Assembly (NCBI GenBank): GCA_964514565.1
Contig: CAZERA010000003.1
Coordinates: forward strand, 25,221-89,220
DNA length: 64,000 bases
DNA from: an uncultured Candidatus Peribacteria bacterium
GTDB lineage: Bacteria > Patescibacteriota > Gracilibacteria > RBG-16-42-10
Direction: 5' to 3'
The position numbers and the translations under genes were made by a program. Below the pieces are notes generated by a model. That model searched no databases and was not told the origin of the DNA. It saw only the letters and a list, made by a program, of their open reading frames with translations. The stretch's first letter is position 1, and every line of letters starts with the position of its first letter. This document shows positions 19,208-28,138 of the stretch, in pieces.

Positions 19208-19771
19208 CTAATTATAATGGTATCGCCATAGTTTGTCTTGGCCTACTTTGATGCCAACTCTGGCTGTTGTACTGTAGGTAGAGATTCGTTTGCCACTTGG
19301 TTCAATGCGTAATTCGCTGGTGTTGAGGTCAAGTGCGTTTTGAGCCTTTGTAAGCCCAAATGCTGTGCAAAGTTTACCTGGCCCATTGGTAAGTTGCTGA
19401 TCAGTGATTGGCTTGGCTCCTAGTTTTTGACGATTACTTCGCATGATTTCTTGGCCTTGAACCGGAATTACACTGCGAATCAAAATAGCAGCAGGACAAT
19501 CTAGTCCTTCAGTTACCACATTGAGACAGTAGTACATTCCGTAAATGAAATAGATATACGAGTAGCCTCCGTGGCGGTACATGATTGCTGTCCTGGGTGT
19601 TTTTCCTCGTGCAGCATGACAGGCAGGGTCATCCTCACCTATATAGCTTTCTACCTCATTGATTTCACCGATCAATGTACCCTGAGGACTGTCATATACT
19701 AAATATTGTCCTAATAAATCTTTGGCTACTTCAAGGGTGGGGCGTTGGTAAAATTCGGGAGAGAAAGACAT
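19208..19771 (-). CDS. mpg: DNA-3-methyladenine glycosylase (Mpg/AAG family)
   Basis: FYQRPTLEVAKDLLG...EVESYIGEDDPACHA...GKTPRT..M....G..YIYFIYGMYYCLNVV is the canonical AAG-family signature. Confidence 0.85.
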   Translation of the reverse strand: MSFSPEFYQRPTLEVAKDLLGQYLVYDSPQGTLIGEINEVESYIGEDDPACHAARGKTPRTAIMYRHGGYSYIYFIYGMYYCLNVVTEGLDCPAAILIRSVIPVQGQEIMRSNRQKLGAKPITDQQLTNGPGKLCTAFGLTKAQNALDLNTSELRIEPSGKRISTYSTTARVGIKVGQDKLWRYHYN

Positions 19772-19792
19772 ACAATTAGATCAGAGATACGA

Positions 19793-19808
19793 TCCCGTGT
19801 CTGCGGGA
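19793..19808. repeat. GC-rich palindromic hairpin, family member 3 (tcccgt-gtct-gcggga)
   Basis: Stem of 5 bp plus a G-U pair with a 4-nt loop, flanked on both sides by direct agatcagagat words. Confidence 0.5.
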
Positions 19809-19950
19809 AGAGATCAGAGATTAGTTTACAATTTACAAGTCACAATTAACAATCAGGTCGGAAAATTTAGGATTTAGAATTCAAAATTTACAATTAAGTC
19901 CCAGCCTGATTTGTCATTTTGTTGTTTCTGTTTTAGATTGGGGGCGGTCG

Positions 19951-20027
19951 CGGGGTGTAGCGCAGTTGGCTAGCGCGCTTGCATGGGGTGCAAGAGGTCG
20001 GAAGTTCGAGTCTTCTCACCCCGACCA
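19951..20027 (+). tRNA. tRNA-Pro (anticodon GGG)
   Basis: Hand fold: acceptor CGGGGTG/CACCCCG, D arm GCGC-AGTTGGCTA-GCGC, anticodon arm CTTGC-ATGGGGT-GCAAG, T arm GGAAG-TTCGAGT-CTTCT, encoded ACCA. Confidence 0.9.
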
Positions 20028-20054
20028 CGAGATCATCAGATCTCGTCTCTTTCC
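20028..20054 (+). terminator. Hairpin directly after tRNA-Pro(GGG): cgagatc-atca-gatctcg followed by tctctttcc
   Basis: 7-bp perfect stem with a pyrimidine-rich tail. The same structure follows the second tRNA-Pro. Confidence 0.55.
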
Positions 20055-20118
20055 CATTTCCTCTTTCCTAATCTGATGAGCATCTTTCCGGTGCTCGCAG
20101 AATAAGGATAAGAATGAT

Positions 20119-22695
20119 TTAGCTCACTACAACACTTGTATGCATTGCTTCAATATATTTTTTTAGCATTGTTGCCATTGATTGGCGGTTTAAAGTGGCT
20201 TTCTCTAAGAAAGAGAGAGCGCTATTGGGCATAATTTTTAGCATCTGGGAATAGGCTATGTATTGGCCAAAGGATTGGTCGGTGAGATTGAGGTTTTTTA
20301 TAGGGAGCGGTTGGATTACCTGACCGTTACTAAAGAATATACTGGAGCCTACGAGCATTTTGATGCTTTCAGCTAGGCTTACTGCTTGATTGGGATAGAA
20401 TTTATTGCCAATACCATGAACGATGCCTTGAAAGTAAGCTTCACCAATAATCATTGACTGCTCAGAATTATCTTGAGGTACATCAGTAAAGAAATGATTG
20501 GGATGAGTAAATACGCCTTTACTAATACAATTGGCTGTGAGCGATAGTTTTAATAATTCAAACCGGCTTAAATTTCGGGCTGGCAAGAACTGTTGGTTTT
20601 TGTAACCACTAACTAATCTTTTTTGTTTATCATGAAGTAGGGTGATGCTACTGAGATAGTCAATATCACTATTGCTAGGAACAACATCTAAAAAGTCCAA
20701 AGGAGTAGTAGATCTAACTTGTAAGCATTGAGTAGTGGTTGTTGTGCTAGTTGATGAACTATTTTGAGTGACACTACGTGTGCCGATCTCTACGCCAGAT
20801 GGGTTGACGATTGAGCTACCACCTCCGCTCGACCCGCTAGGTGATCCAGCATTTTCGATAGTAAAGCTGACTGATTTTAAATCATCTTGATCGATACCAT
20901 CTCCATATATGTGGCTAATGGGCTCTGGGTCTGTAGAAAGTGCAGATACAATTTCAGCTGTATTAATAATAGTCCCACTAGAAGCTATTAGCGTTGCTGT
21001 GATACTGAGAGTTGCGCTATCACCTGGAGCGATGCTCGGTATTATCCATTGTCCGCCAGGTAAGATATAGCTGCCACTGCCGGTAGGATTAGTAAAGAGT
21101 ATGCCAGTAGGGGGGATATATTGTACCAGGATGCTCGTGGCCTCATCTGGCCCTTGATTTTCTACTGATAGAAAATAGTGGAATGTCTCAATGTTGTGTG
21201 CTGAGACATCAGAACTGAGCCGTAAAACCAAGCGAGCGTGACTCGCACCATAGTACACTCCAGCATCAAGGTGATCATAACTAACACCTGCTGGTGAGTT
21301 AAAAGGATCTAGATTCCCGGTTGCATCAATATCACTATCGATAGTGTCATCTATACCAGCATTGGAGGGAGAGAAAATAGGATTTTCGTTGAGATTCCGG
21401 ACAGAAATCTTGGTGTTTTTGTAGGTCCAATACATATTACTAATATTGATTATTGGTGTGTCACTAGTAATAACTAAGTGCATAGTGCCCGGTATGCCAC
21501 TACTACCAAATAGCATTTCTCTATAAGACTCGTGATCATTTAATCCGCCACTGCTATTAGTGCAGGTGCTACTAAATAATTCACTGCCATCGGTATCTGT
21601 CAGAGTGATCGTAGTGTTATTCGCTGTGCAGTCACCTCCCGTAGTAAAGTTGAGTAATGTGATACCACCACTGCCACCAAAGTCAGCGATTGGACAATCA
21701 TAGCTTAAGCTCACTGCACCTGTGCTGGATTGGAAATTAGGTACTAAACAGCCTGTATTAGGCACAGAAAACTGATAATGCCCATCACTGTCAGTGCTAC
21801 CTGAGCCGATCACTAAATTGGTTTGTTTGTCGATCATTACAATCTCGGCAGGATCTTCAATTCCTGGCTCACCGGACTGTTGAATACCATCATGATTTTG
21901 GTCATCCCAAACTCTTCCCCCAATGCCCACATCAGTAACATAAGCGCCTGCATCAATGTTGTTATACTGGGCACTATTTTCCACAAGCATGTAGGGTGAT
22001 TGGCCAGAATAGGACACATCGCTATCAATACTATCGTCGCTACCTTGATCTGATTGAGTAAAACGATAGTAAATAGGCAGCTCGTTGAATAAAATATAAT
22101 AATAAGCATCGGTCGTAATATCATAATGATAGTGACCTGTGTCATCAGTAAATGTATTGTCACAACTCACTCCGCCCTCTGATGTAATCTGACAAAGTAC
22201 TACATTGATATTAGTAATCGGTCCCTCCCCGACATCTCGGATACCATTGTTGTTGGTATCGTAAAATAATTGTCCGGAAATAGAACTTTGTCGTGCTATT
22301 CCTAAGAGTGGTATCGAAATAGCATCATCAGCATGAATAATGGCAATAGGATTACTAATGGCTCCAGTAGTAATAGCCAATGTGGACCATGTTGGGGGAG
22401 TGATCATTACTGTATAAGCATTCTCAGGTACTATGTCAGCATTATTATTATCAAAAAGGTAAAAGCCGCTGCTATTGGTATAGACCGTACCAACTGGATC
22501 GATTTCGGAATCACGAAAGAGTTGCACCTGAAGCCCCTCAATACCTGGTTCACTGTCGTTGCTACCATTGTGATTGAGGTCTTCAAAAACATTACCGCTC
22601 ACTGTTTCACTGGCATCGGCATGCACAATATGGATTGAAAACATCCCAATCAGTCCAGTAACTAAACCAATTAAAATATATAAATATCTTTTCAT
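20119..22695 (-). CDS. Large secreted surface protein: SdrD-B-like repeats, a DUF11-like domain and C-terminal SLH domains
   Basis: The signal peptide MKRYLYILIGLVTGLIGMFSIHIVHA starts at an internal Met, so I place the start at 22695. Repeated G.V..D.N.NG..D..E.G motifs are present (GNVFEDLNHNGSNDSEPGIEG, GQLFYDTNNNGIRDVGEG, GRVWDDQNHDGIQQSGEPGIE). A Ser/Gly/Thr linker precedes the SLH-like FTDVPQDNS...FYPNQAVSLAESIKMLV. Confidence 0.8.
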   Translation of the reverse strand: MKRYLYILIGLVTGLIGMFSIHIVHADASETVSGNVFEDLNHNGSNDSEPGIEGLQVQLFRDSEIDPVGTVYTNSSGFYLFDNNNADIVPENAYTVMITPPTWSTLAITTGAISNPIAIIHADDAISIPLLGIARQSSISGQLFYDTNNNGIRDVGEGPITNINVVLCQITSEGGVSCDNTFTDDTGHYHYDITTDAYYYILFNELPIYYRFTQSDQGSDDSIDSDVSYSGQSPYMLVENSAQYNNIDAGAYVTDVGIGGRVWDDQNHDGIQQSGEPGIEDPAEIVMIDKQTNLVIGSGSTDSDGHYQFSVPNTGCLVPNFQSSTGAVSLSYDCPIADFGGSGGITLLNFTTGGDCTANNTTITLTDTDGSELFSSTCTNSSGGLNDHESYREMLFGSSGIPGTMHLVITSDTPIINISNMYWTYKNTKISVRNLNENPIFSPSNAGIDDTIDSDIDATGNLDPFNSPAGVSYDHLDAGVYYGASHARLVLRLSSDVSAHNIETFHYFLSVENQGPDEATSILVQYIPPTGILFTNPTGSGSYILPGGQWIIPSIAPGDSATLSITATLIASSGTIINTAEIVSALSTDPEPISHIYGDGIDQDDLKSVSFTIENAGSPSGSSGGGSSIVNPSGVEIGTRSVTQNSSSTSTTTTTQCLQVRSTTPLDFLDVVPSNSDIDYLSSITLLHDKQKRLVSGYKNQQFLPARNLSRFELLKLSLTANCISKGVFTHPNHFFTDVPQDNSEQSMIIGEAYFQGIVHGIGNKFYPNQAVSLAESIKMLVGSSIFFSNGQVIQPLPIKNLNLTDQSFGQYIAYSQMLKIMPNSALSFLEKATLNRQSMATMLKKYIEAMHTSVVVS

Positions 22696-22914
22696 CACAG
22701 ATAATAAAATCCCTGTTACTATGGATGATAAAGTAGCTTCTCGCATCCAATCACTACAAGATTGCTTTGCTAGAAGGGATAATACTGGTGCGGTGGCTCT
22801 ATGTGAGAGCTCATATATTATGAGGTCACATTTGAGTTCAATGATATCTTTCTTATTATATATTGGCTTATCGACTGCTTTTCTTTATAGTGCAGCTACT
22901 TAAGCTTGTCTCGT

Positions 22915-24690
22915 ATGTCCAAATCTGCAAGCGCTAAATCGATGATTGAGTATTCTTCTTGGCAGTTGGTGAAGGATATATATGAGCTGATGGGCAAGTA
23001 TCGAGGAAAGTTTGCTTTGGCTACTTTTATTCGTTTCATTTGTGATCTAGCTGGTCTAGTTCCTGCTTTTGCTGTGGCTGAAGCAGCTAATTTTTTTGCT
23101 AGTTATCAAACGGGGCAAAGTGTGGCCTATGTTTTATGGTTGATGGCTGCTTTTGCACTGGCGATTGTGGTGCGTAGTTCCGGTCAGTTTTTTTCTAAGT
23201 GGCTGGGGTATCAAGTGGCTGAATCAATGGGGATTGATCTTACTTTGAAATCTGTTCAGCACCTATTTCTGTTGGATATCGCGTGGCATGAGGAAGAGAA
23301 TGCTGGTAATAAAGTAAAACGGATTCAGAATGCTAGTGACGCAATTAATAAAATCATCCAGCTTTGGTTTAACTGTGTGGTAGAAATAGCTGTCAATATT
23401 GTGGCGATCAATGTCATCATAGCTAGTTTTGATCACACTGTTGTTAGCTTATTATTAGCTTTCTTAATCCTTTATTTTTTATTCTCCCGGTTGCTCACCA
23501 AAAAGGCTGCGGAGGCTTCATTTGCAGTCAATGCTCAAGAAGAAAATGTGAGTGGTATTTTATTTGAATCGATCAACAACATTCGTACTGTGAAGGTGAT
23601 GTCTATGCCCCACACATTGATGGGTATTATTCGTACCCATACAGACAAGCTTTACCAAAAGATTCTTGGTAAGATTTTTACATACCAGTTTCGAAATAGC
23701 ATTCTTGCTTTCTGGGGGGGGATTTCTAAAGTTGGTATTCTGTTAGTGATAGTTTATGGCATCCTGCATGGGTACTACCAATTAGGATTTTTAGTTTTGT
23801 TCAATGGTTATTTTTCCAATATTCGTGAATCAATTGATGAATTGGCTGGAGTTACCCAGGATTTTATTAGTGCTAAATTTAGTGTAGCTAGATTAAAAAA
23901 GGTTTTGGATAAACCGATTACAATTGATAATGAGAGCGGTAAAGTCGCTTTCCCTAAAAAATGGGAGACGATTACTTTCAAGAAAATTTCATTTGCTTAT
24001 GGTGAGAATAAAGTACTGAAGAATATTTCTTTTGAAGTAAAACGCGGTCAAAAAGTGGGGATTGTGGGATTGTCAGGGGCGGGGAAATCTACTGTGCTCA
24101 AGCTCTTGCTCAAAGAGCGGGAAGAGTTCACAGGAGATATTCTGTTTGATGGGATCTCCATCAAAGACATCAGTAAATCTGACTACTTTCAAAATGTCTC
24201 AGTAGTGCTACAAGACACTGAGGTATTCAACTTTTCTTTGAAAGACAATATCACTATTACTAATGCGACCAAGAAGAGTAATCATAAATTGTTCAAACAA
24301 TCTTTAGAAATTGCGCATATTACAGACTTTGTGCAAAAGCTGCCACAAGGTCTTGATACTATTATCGGAGAAAAGGGGATTAAACTTTCTGGTGGAGAAA
24401 GACAACGACTAGGTATTGCCAGAGCTATATTTAAGCAGCCACAGATTTTATTGCTCGACGAAGCTACTTCGCACTTGGATCTAGAGTCTGAAGAGAAGAT
24501 TAAAGATTCCCTACATACTTTTTTTGAGCATGTCACTGCCATCGTCATCGCTCATCGTCTCACTACTATCAAAGAGATGGATCAGATCTTGGTGATTGAA
24601 GATGGGAAGCTGATTGAATCTGGTAATTTTGCTACATTGCACAAAAAGAAAGGCCGTTTCTTTGAGCTTTGGGAAAAGCAGGGACTGTAA
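22915..24690 (+). CDS. ABC exporter, fused permease/ATPase half-transporter (type I exporter, MsbA/MdlB-like)
   Basis: N-terminal six-helix TMD with a full set of ATPase motifs: Walker A GLSGAGKST, signature LSGGERQR, Walker B ILLLDEATSHLD and H-loop IAHRL. The ATG at 22915 aligns with the N-terminus of the paralogue. Confidence 0.9.
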   Translation: MSKSASAKSMIEYSSWQLVKDIYELMGKYRGKFALATFIRFICDLAGLVPAFAVAEAANFFASYQTGQSVAYVLWLMAAFALAIVVRSSGQFFSKWLGYQVAESMGIDLTLKSVQHLFLLDIAWHEEENAGNKVKRIQNASDAINKIIQLWFNCVVEIAVNIVAINVIIASFDHTVVSLLLAFLILYFLFSRLLTKKAAEASFAVNAQEENVSGILFESINNIRTVKVMSMPHTLMGIIRTHTDKLYQKILGKIFTYQFRNSILAFWGGISKVGILLVIVYGILHGYYQLGFLVLFNGYFSNIRESIDELAGVTQDFISAKFSVARLKKVLDKPITIDNESGKVAFPKKWETITFKKISFAYGENKVLKNISFEVKRGQKVGIVGLSGAGKSTVLKLLLKEREEFTGDILFDGISIKDISKSDYFQNVSVVLQDTEVFNFSLKDNITITNATKKSNHKLFKQSLEIAHITDFVQKLPQGLDTIIGEKGIKLSGGERQRLGIARAIFKQPQILLLDEATSHLDLESEEKIKDSLHTFFEHVTAIVIAHRLTTIKEMDQILVIEDGKLIESGNFATLHKKKGRFFELWEKQGL

Positions 24691-24741
24691 GGTTGGCCAA
24701 ATAAAAAGTTTTGTTTATAGTGCAATTACTTAAGATGCGAG

Positions 24742-26517
24742 ATGGCAAAGAGAGCTAGTAGTAAAGAAAAGATCGACTATCCATCTACCCTATTGGTGAA
24801 GGATATTTGGGCAATGATGAAAGGGCGTCGTCGTACTTTTTTGGTTGCTACCTTACTACGTACTATTTCAGATATCGCAGGTCTCTATCCAATTTATGCT
24901 ATCGCTGCGCTGACCAATTTCTTTGTCGCTTACCATCCAGGAGATTCAGTTCGTACTGTATGGTGGATTATAGCCGGCTATGCTTTAGCTATTTTAACGC
25001 GTTCATGTACTAAGTACACTGGTCAGTTTCTTGGATACCGTATCGGAGAAATGGTTGGTGTAGATAATACCCTGTTTTCTGTGAATCATTTGTTTCAGCT
25101 GGATATTGCGTGGCATGAACAAGAAAATGCAGGTAATAAAATTAAACGGATTCAGAATGCTAGCGAAGCGATCAACAAGATTATTGGCATGTGGTTTGAC
25201 TCAGGAGTCTCTATCCTAGTAAACGCTTTTGCAGTTTATGTAATTTTTATTAGTTTTGATTGGTTAATCTTAGTATTAATTATTTTGTTTTTAGTAGTTT
25301 ATTTTTGTTTGGCTCGTGTTTTGACTAGTAAAGCGGCCGCGGCAGCATTACGAGTAAATGCTGAGGATGAACAGGTCACTGGTCTGGTCTTTGAAGCGGT
25401 CAGTAATATCAAGACAGTCAAAGTGATGTCGATGCGGGAGGTATTTGTTGATTTGATCAAAAGAGCCAATGAAAAGTTAGTGGGTATGATTACCAATCGT
25501 ATTTATTCATACCAATCCCGCAATGCCACGCTCAGTGTATTGGCTGGTATGACACGAGTAGGAATTATTGCCGTTATTATTTATGGCATTTCACAAGGGA
25601 AATATCAGTTAGGTTTTTTGATTCTTTTCAATAGTTACTTTTCCGCCATCAATGGTTGTATTGAAGATCTCTCCAGCATGACTCAGAATTTTGTGTCCGG
25701 AAAGTTTAGTATTGCTCGGCTCAAGAAGATGCTCGATCAACCAATTACTATCGATAGTGAATTAAATAAAAAGGCATTTCCTCAAGACTGGCAAAAGATT
25801 ACCTTTCAGAAAGTCTCGTTTTCTTATGGCGATAATCAAGTACTGAAGAATATTTCTTTTGAAGTGAAACGTGGAGAGAAAGTAGGAATAGTAGGTTTGT
25901 CTGGTGCTGGGAAATCAACCATCTTTAAACTATTGCTCAAAGAGCGTGAAGAGTTTACTGGAGATATTTTATTTGATGGCGTCTCGATTAAAGACATTAG
26001 CAGGAAGGCGTACTTTCATTTTGTGTCTGTGGTCTTACAAGATACTGAAGTGTTCAATTTTTCTTTGCAGGACAATATCACTATTACCAATATCGATAAG
26101 AAAAATAATACCAAGCTTTTTAAACAGTCATTGGAGATTGCCCATATGACGGAGCTAGTGAAGAAATTGCCTGATGGACTGAAGACTATTATTGGTGAAA
26201 AAGGAGTAAAACTGTCTGGGGGAGAGCGTCAGCGGTTGGGTATAGCTCGAGCTATTTTTAAGCAACCGCAAATCTTACTGCTCGATGAAGCTACTTCACA
26301 TTTGGATTTAGAATCTGAAGAGAAAATCCGTGATTCACTGCATACCTTCTTCGAAAACGTGACTGCGGTAGTGATTGCTCATAGACTGACTACTATTCGT
26401 GAAATGGATCAGATTTTAGTAATTGAAGGTGGGAAATTAATCGAGTCAGGTACTTTTGAAGCTTTGCGCAAAAAGAAAGGAAGGTTTTCAGAATTGTGGG
26501 AGAAACAGGGATTATAA
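24742..26517 (+). CDS. ABC exporter half-transporter, tandem paralogue of 22915..24690 (probable heterodimer partner)
   Basis: Same architecture and motifs as its neighbour. The NBDs are nearly identical at protein level, yet their codons differ at many synonymous sites. Confidence 0.9.
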   Translation: MAKRASSKEKIDYPSTLLVKDIWAMMKGRRRTFLVATLLRTISDIAGLYPIYAIAALTNFFVAYHPGDSVRTVWWIIAGYALAILTRSCTKYTGQFLGYRIGEMVGVDNTLFSVNHLFQLDIAWHEQENAGNKIKRIQNASEAINKIIGMWFDSGVSILVNAFAVYVIFISFDWLILVLIILFLVVYFCLARVLTSKAAAAALRVNAEDEQVTGLVFEAVSNIKTVKVMSMREVFVDLIKRANEKLVGMITNRIYSYQSRNATLSVLAGMTRVGIIAVIIYGISQGKYQLGFLILFNSYFSAINGCIEDLSSMTQNFVSGKFSIARLKKMLDQPITIDSELNKKAFPQDWQKITFQKVSFSYGDNQVLKNISFEVKRGEKVGIVGLSGAGKSTIFKLLLKEREEFTGDILFDGVSIKDISRKAYFHFVSVVLQDTEVFNFSLQDNITITNIDKKNNTKLFKQSLEIAHMTELVKKLPDGLKTIIGEKGVKLSGGERQRLGIARAIFKQPQILLLDEATSHLDLESEEKIRDSLHTFFENVTAVVIAHRLTTIREMDQILVIEGGKLIESGTFEALRKKKGRFSELWEKQGL

Positions 26518-26583
26518 GAACTGCTAACTGCATGTTTTAAAATTAGCTGATATAGTGACAGCGTATTTTTTGTTAAAGATCAT

Positions 26584-27804
26584 ATGTCTAGCGATCAAGC
26601 TGTTTCAGCTGTCATTCTCAAATATATCGGAAGTAGTAATGATGTTTTAAAGGCTTCTTTTTCTGGTATTCTGAAAGATATAAACAATCCTTGGATCCGG
26701 GTAACTTTGCGTCCAATTTTGATCAAAGCTGAAGAGTATGTACAGTTTTCTTTTTATGATGAGAAGAAATGTATCGTCAAAAATTATCGTGGTCCTGAGT
26801 ATGTCACTGCAATCCATGACCTAATAGCTTTGTCTTTTAAGAATATTTTTATTGAAAGTACTAAAGGCACTTTGCAGATTCAGACTAGTAAGAAAGGAAA
26901 ATTGTTAATTAACGAAAGTGCAAAGGTAAAAGCCAAGGAGGAAGTGGACCTGAAGCATAATCGCACCAAGCAATATATCCTACCTGAAGATGTTCCTAGT
27001 GATTTTTTGGAAGCAGTGGGGATTATGACCAAGGAAGGCAAAGTAAAAGCAGACAAACAACATAAGTTTCGTCAGCTCAATGGCTTCCTCAAAATCATTG
27101 ATGAAACTTTGACCAAGGCTGATAAAGTATTGGATCTGAAAAAAGGGGAGTTGTTAGCAATTGATTGTGGCTGTGGCAATGCTTATTTAACTTTTGCTGT
27201 TTATAATTATTTCAATTATATCCTCAAGCGTCCTTTAACTTTAGTTGGGGTTGATTCCAATAAGCCCTTATTAGAAAGGCACTTACAGCAAATTGAAAAG
27301 CTGGAATGGGATAAGCTGCAATTTGAAGGAGTCAAGATTAGTGAATATGTGCCACCGAAAAATCCTGATATTGTCTTGGCTCTCCATGCTTGCAATACTG
27401 CTACTGATGATGCTTTATTCCAAGCAATTACTTGGGAATCACAGATGGTATTCGCTTCACCTTGCTGCCATCACAATCTTCAGGTGCAGCTAGAAAAACA
27501 GCTGGGAAACTTGGCACTCTTTGCGCCCTTATTTCGCTATGGCGTGTTGAGTGAGCGATTGGGAGATATTATTACCGACTCTTTCCGTGCTTTGATTTTG
27601 CGTATCATGGGGTATCAAACCGATGTCATTGAGTTTGTCAGTACTGATCACACTAATCGCAATCTGATTATTAGAGCAATTAAGTGTTTGGAGCCAGGCG
27701 ATAAGAAATTTGTTGAGGAATATAAGGCACTCAAAGAGGTTTGGCATGTGACGCCTTATTTGGAGGAATTGTTGGGGGAAAGATTGACGCAGTATTTAGT
27801 TTAA
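26584..27804 (+). CDS. SAM-dependent methyltransferase (class I, Methyltransf_32-like) with an N-terminal extension
   Basis: LAIDCGCGNAYLTFAVY (motif I) ... LVGVDSN ... DIVLALHACNTATD. Confidence 0.6.
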   Translation: MSSDQAVSAVILKYIGSSNDVLKASFSGILKDINNPWIRVTLRPILIKAEEYVQFSFYDEKKCIVKNYRGPEYVTAIHDLIALSFKNIFIESTKGTLQIQTSKKGKLLINESAKVKAKEEVDLKHNRTKQYILPEDVPSDFLEAVGIMTKEGKVKADKQHKFRQLNGFLKIIDETLTKADKVLDLKKGELLAIDCGCGNAYLTFAVYNYFNYILKRPLTLVGVDSNKPLLERHLQQIEKLEWDKLQFEGVKISEYVPPKNPDIVLALHACNTATDDALFQAITWESQMVFASPCCHHNLQVQLEKQLGNLALFAPLFRYGVLSERLGDIITDSFRALILRIMGYQTDVIEFVSTDHTNRNLIIRAIKCLEPGDKKFVEEYKALKEVWHVTPYLEELLGERLTQYLV

Positions 27805-27840
27805 TAACGTTGATTTCAACTGGTTAGGAATGAGGACATA

Positions 27841-27867
27841 GGAAAGAGACGAGATCTGGTGATCTCG
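27841..27867 (-). terminator. Hairpin directly after tRNA-Pro(CGG): cgagatc-acca-gatctcg followed by tctctttcc (minus-strand reading)
   Basis: Inverted copy of the hairpin and tail at 20028..20054. Confidence 0.55.
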
Positions 27868-27943
27868 TGGTCGGGGTGAGAAGACTCGAACTTCCGGCCT
27901 CAGCGTCCCGAACGCTGCGCGCTACCAACTGCGCTACACCCCG
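27868..27943 (-). tRNA. tRNA-Pro (anticodon CGG)
   Basis: Hand fold of the reverse complement: the CGGGGTG/CACCCCG acceptor and the D and T arms are almost identical to tRNA-Pro(GGG). The anticodon arm is CAGCG-TTCGGGA-CGCTG, and ACCA is encoded. Confidence 0.9.
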
Positions 27944-28040
27944 TTACTTTATGACAATAATGTATCAATATCGGGGATACAAGAGTGACTTGGGAAGTAA
28001 GAGTTAAAAGTGAAGAGGTAAGAAGTTTATTGGCTGTTTG

Positions 28041-28053
28041 TCCGCATTGCGGA
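28041..28053. repeat. GC-rich palindromic hairpin, family member 4 (tccgc-att-gcgga)
   Basis: 5-bp stem; a shorter variant of the same family, upstream of CDS 28139. Confidence 0.4.
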
Positions 28054-28138
28054 GGGGATTAAGGAATGGGGGATCGTAGCTGCTAGATTAGTTTCTCTGG
28101 ATCTGAGATAATAGAGAGATACATTTATTATCCGTCAT

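Noticed and set aside
19951-27943. The tRNA-Pro-bounded segment as an integrated mobile element or prophage
   Set aside because: It contains no integrase, transposase or phage genes. The repeats are inverted rather than direct, and the content is ordinary envelope and export functions. I retained it only as a possible inversion substrate.
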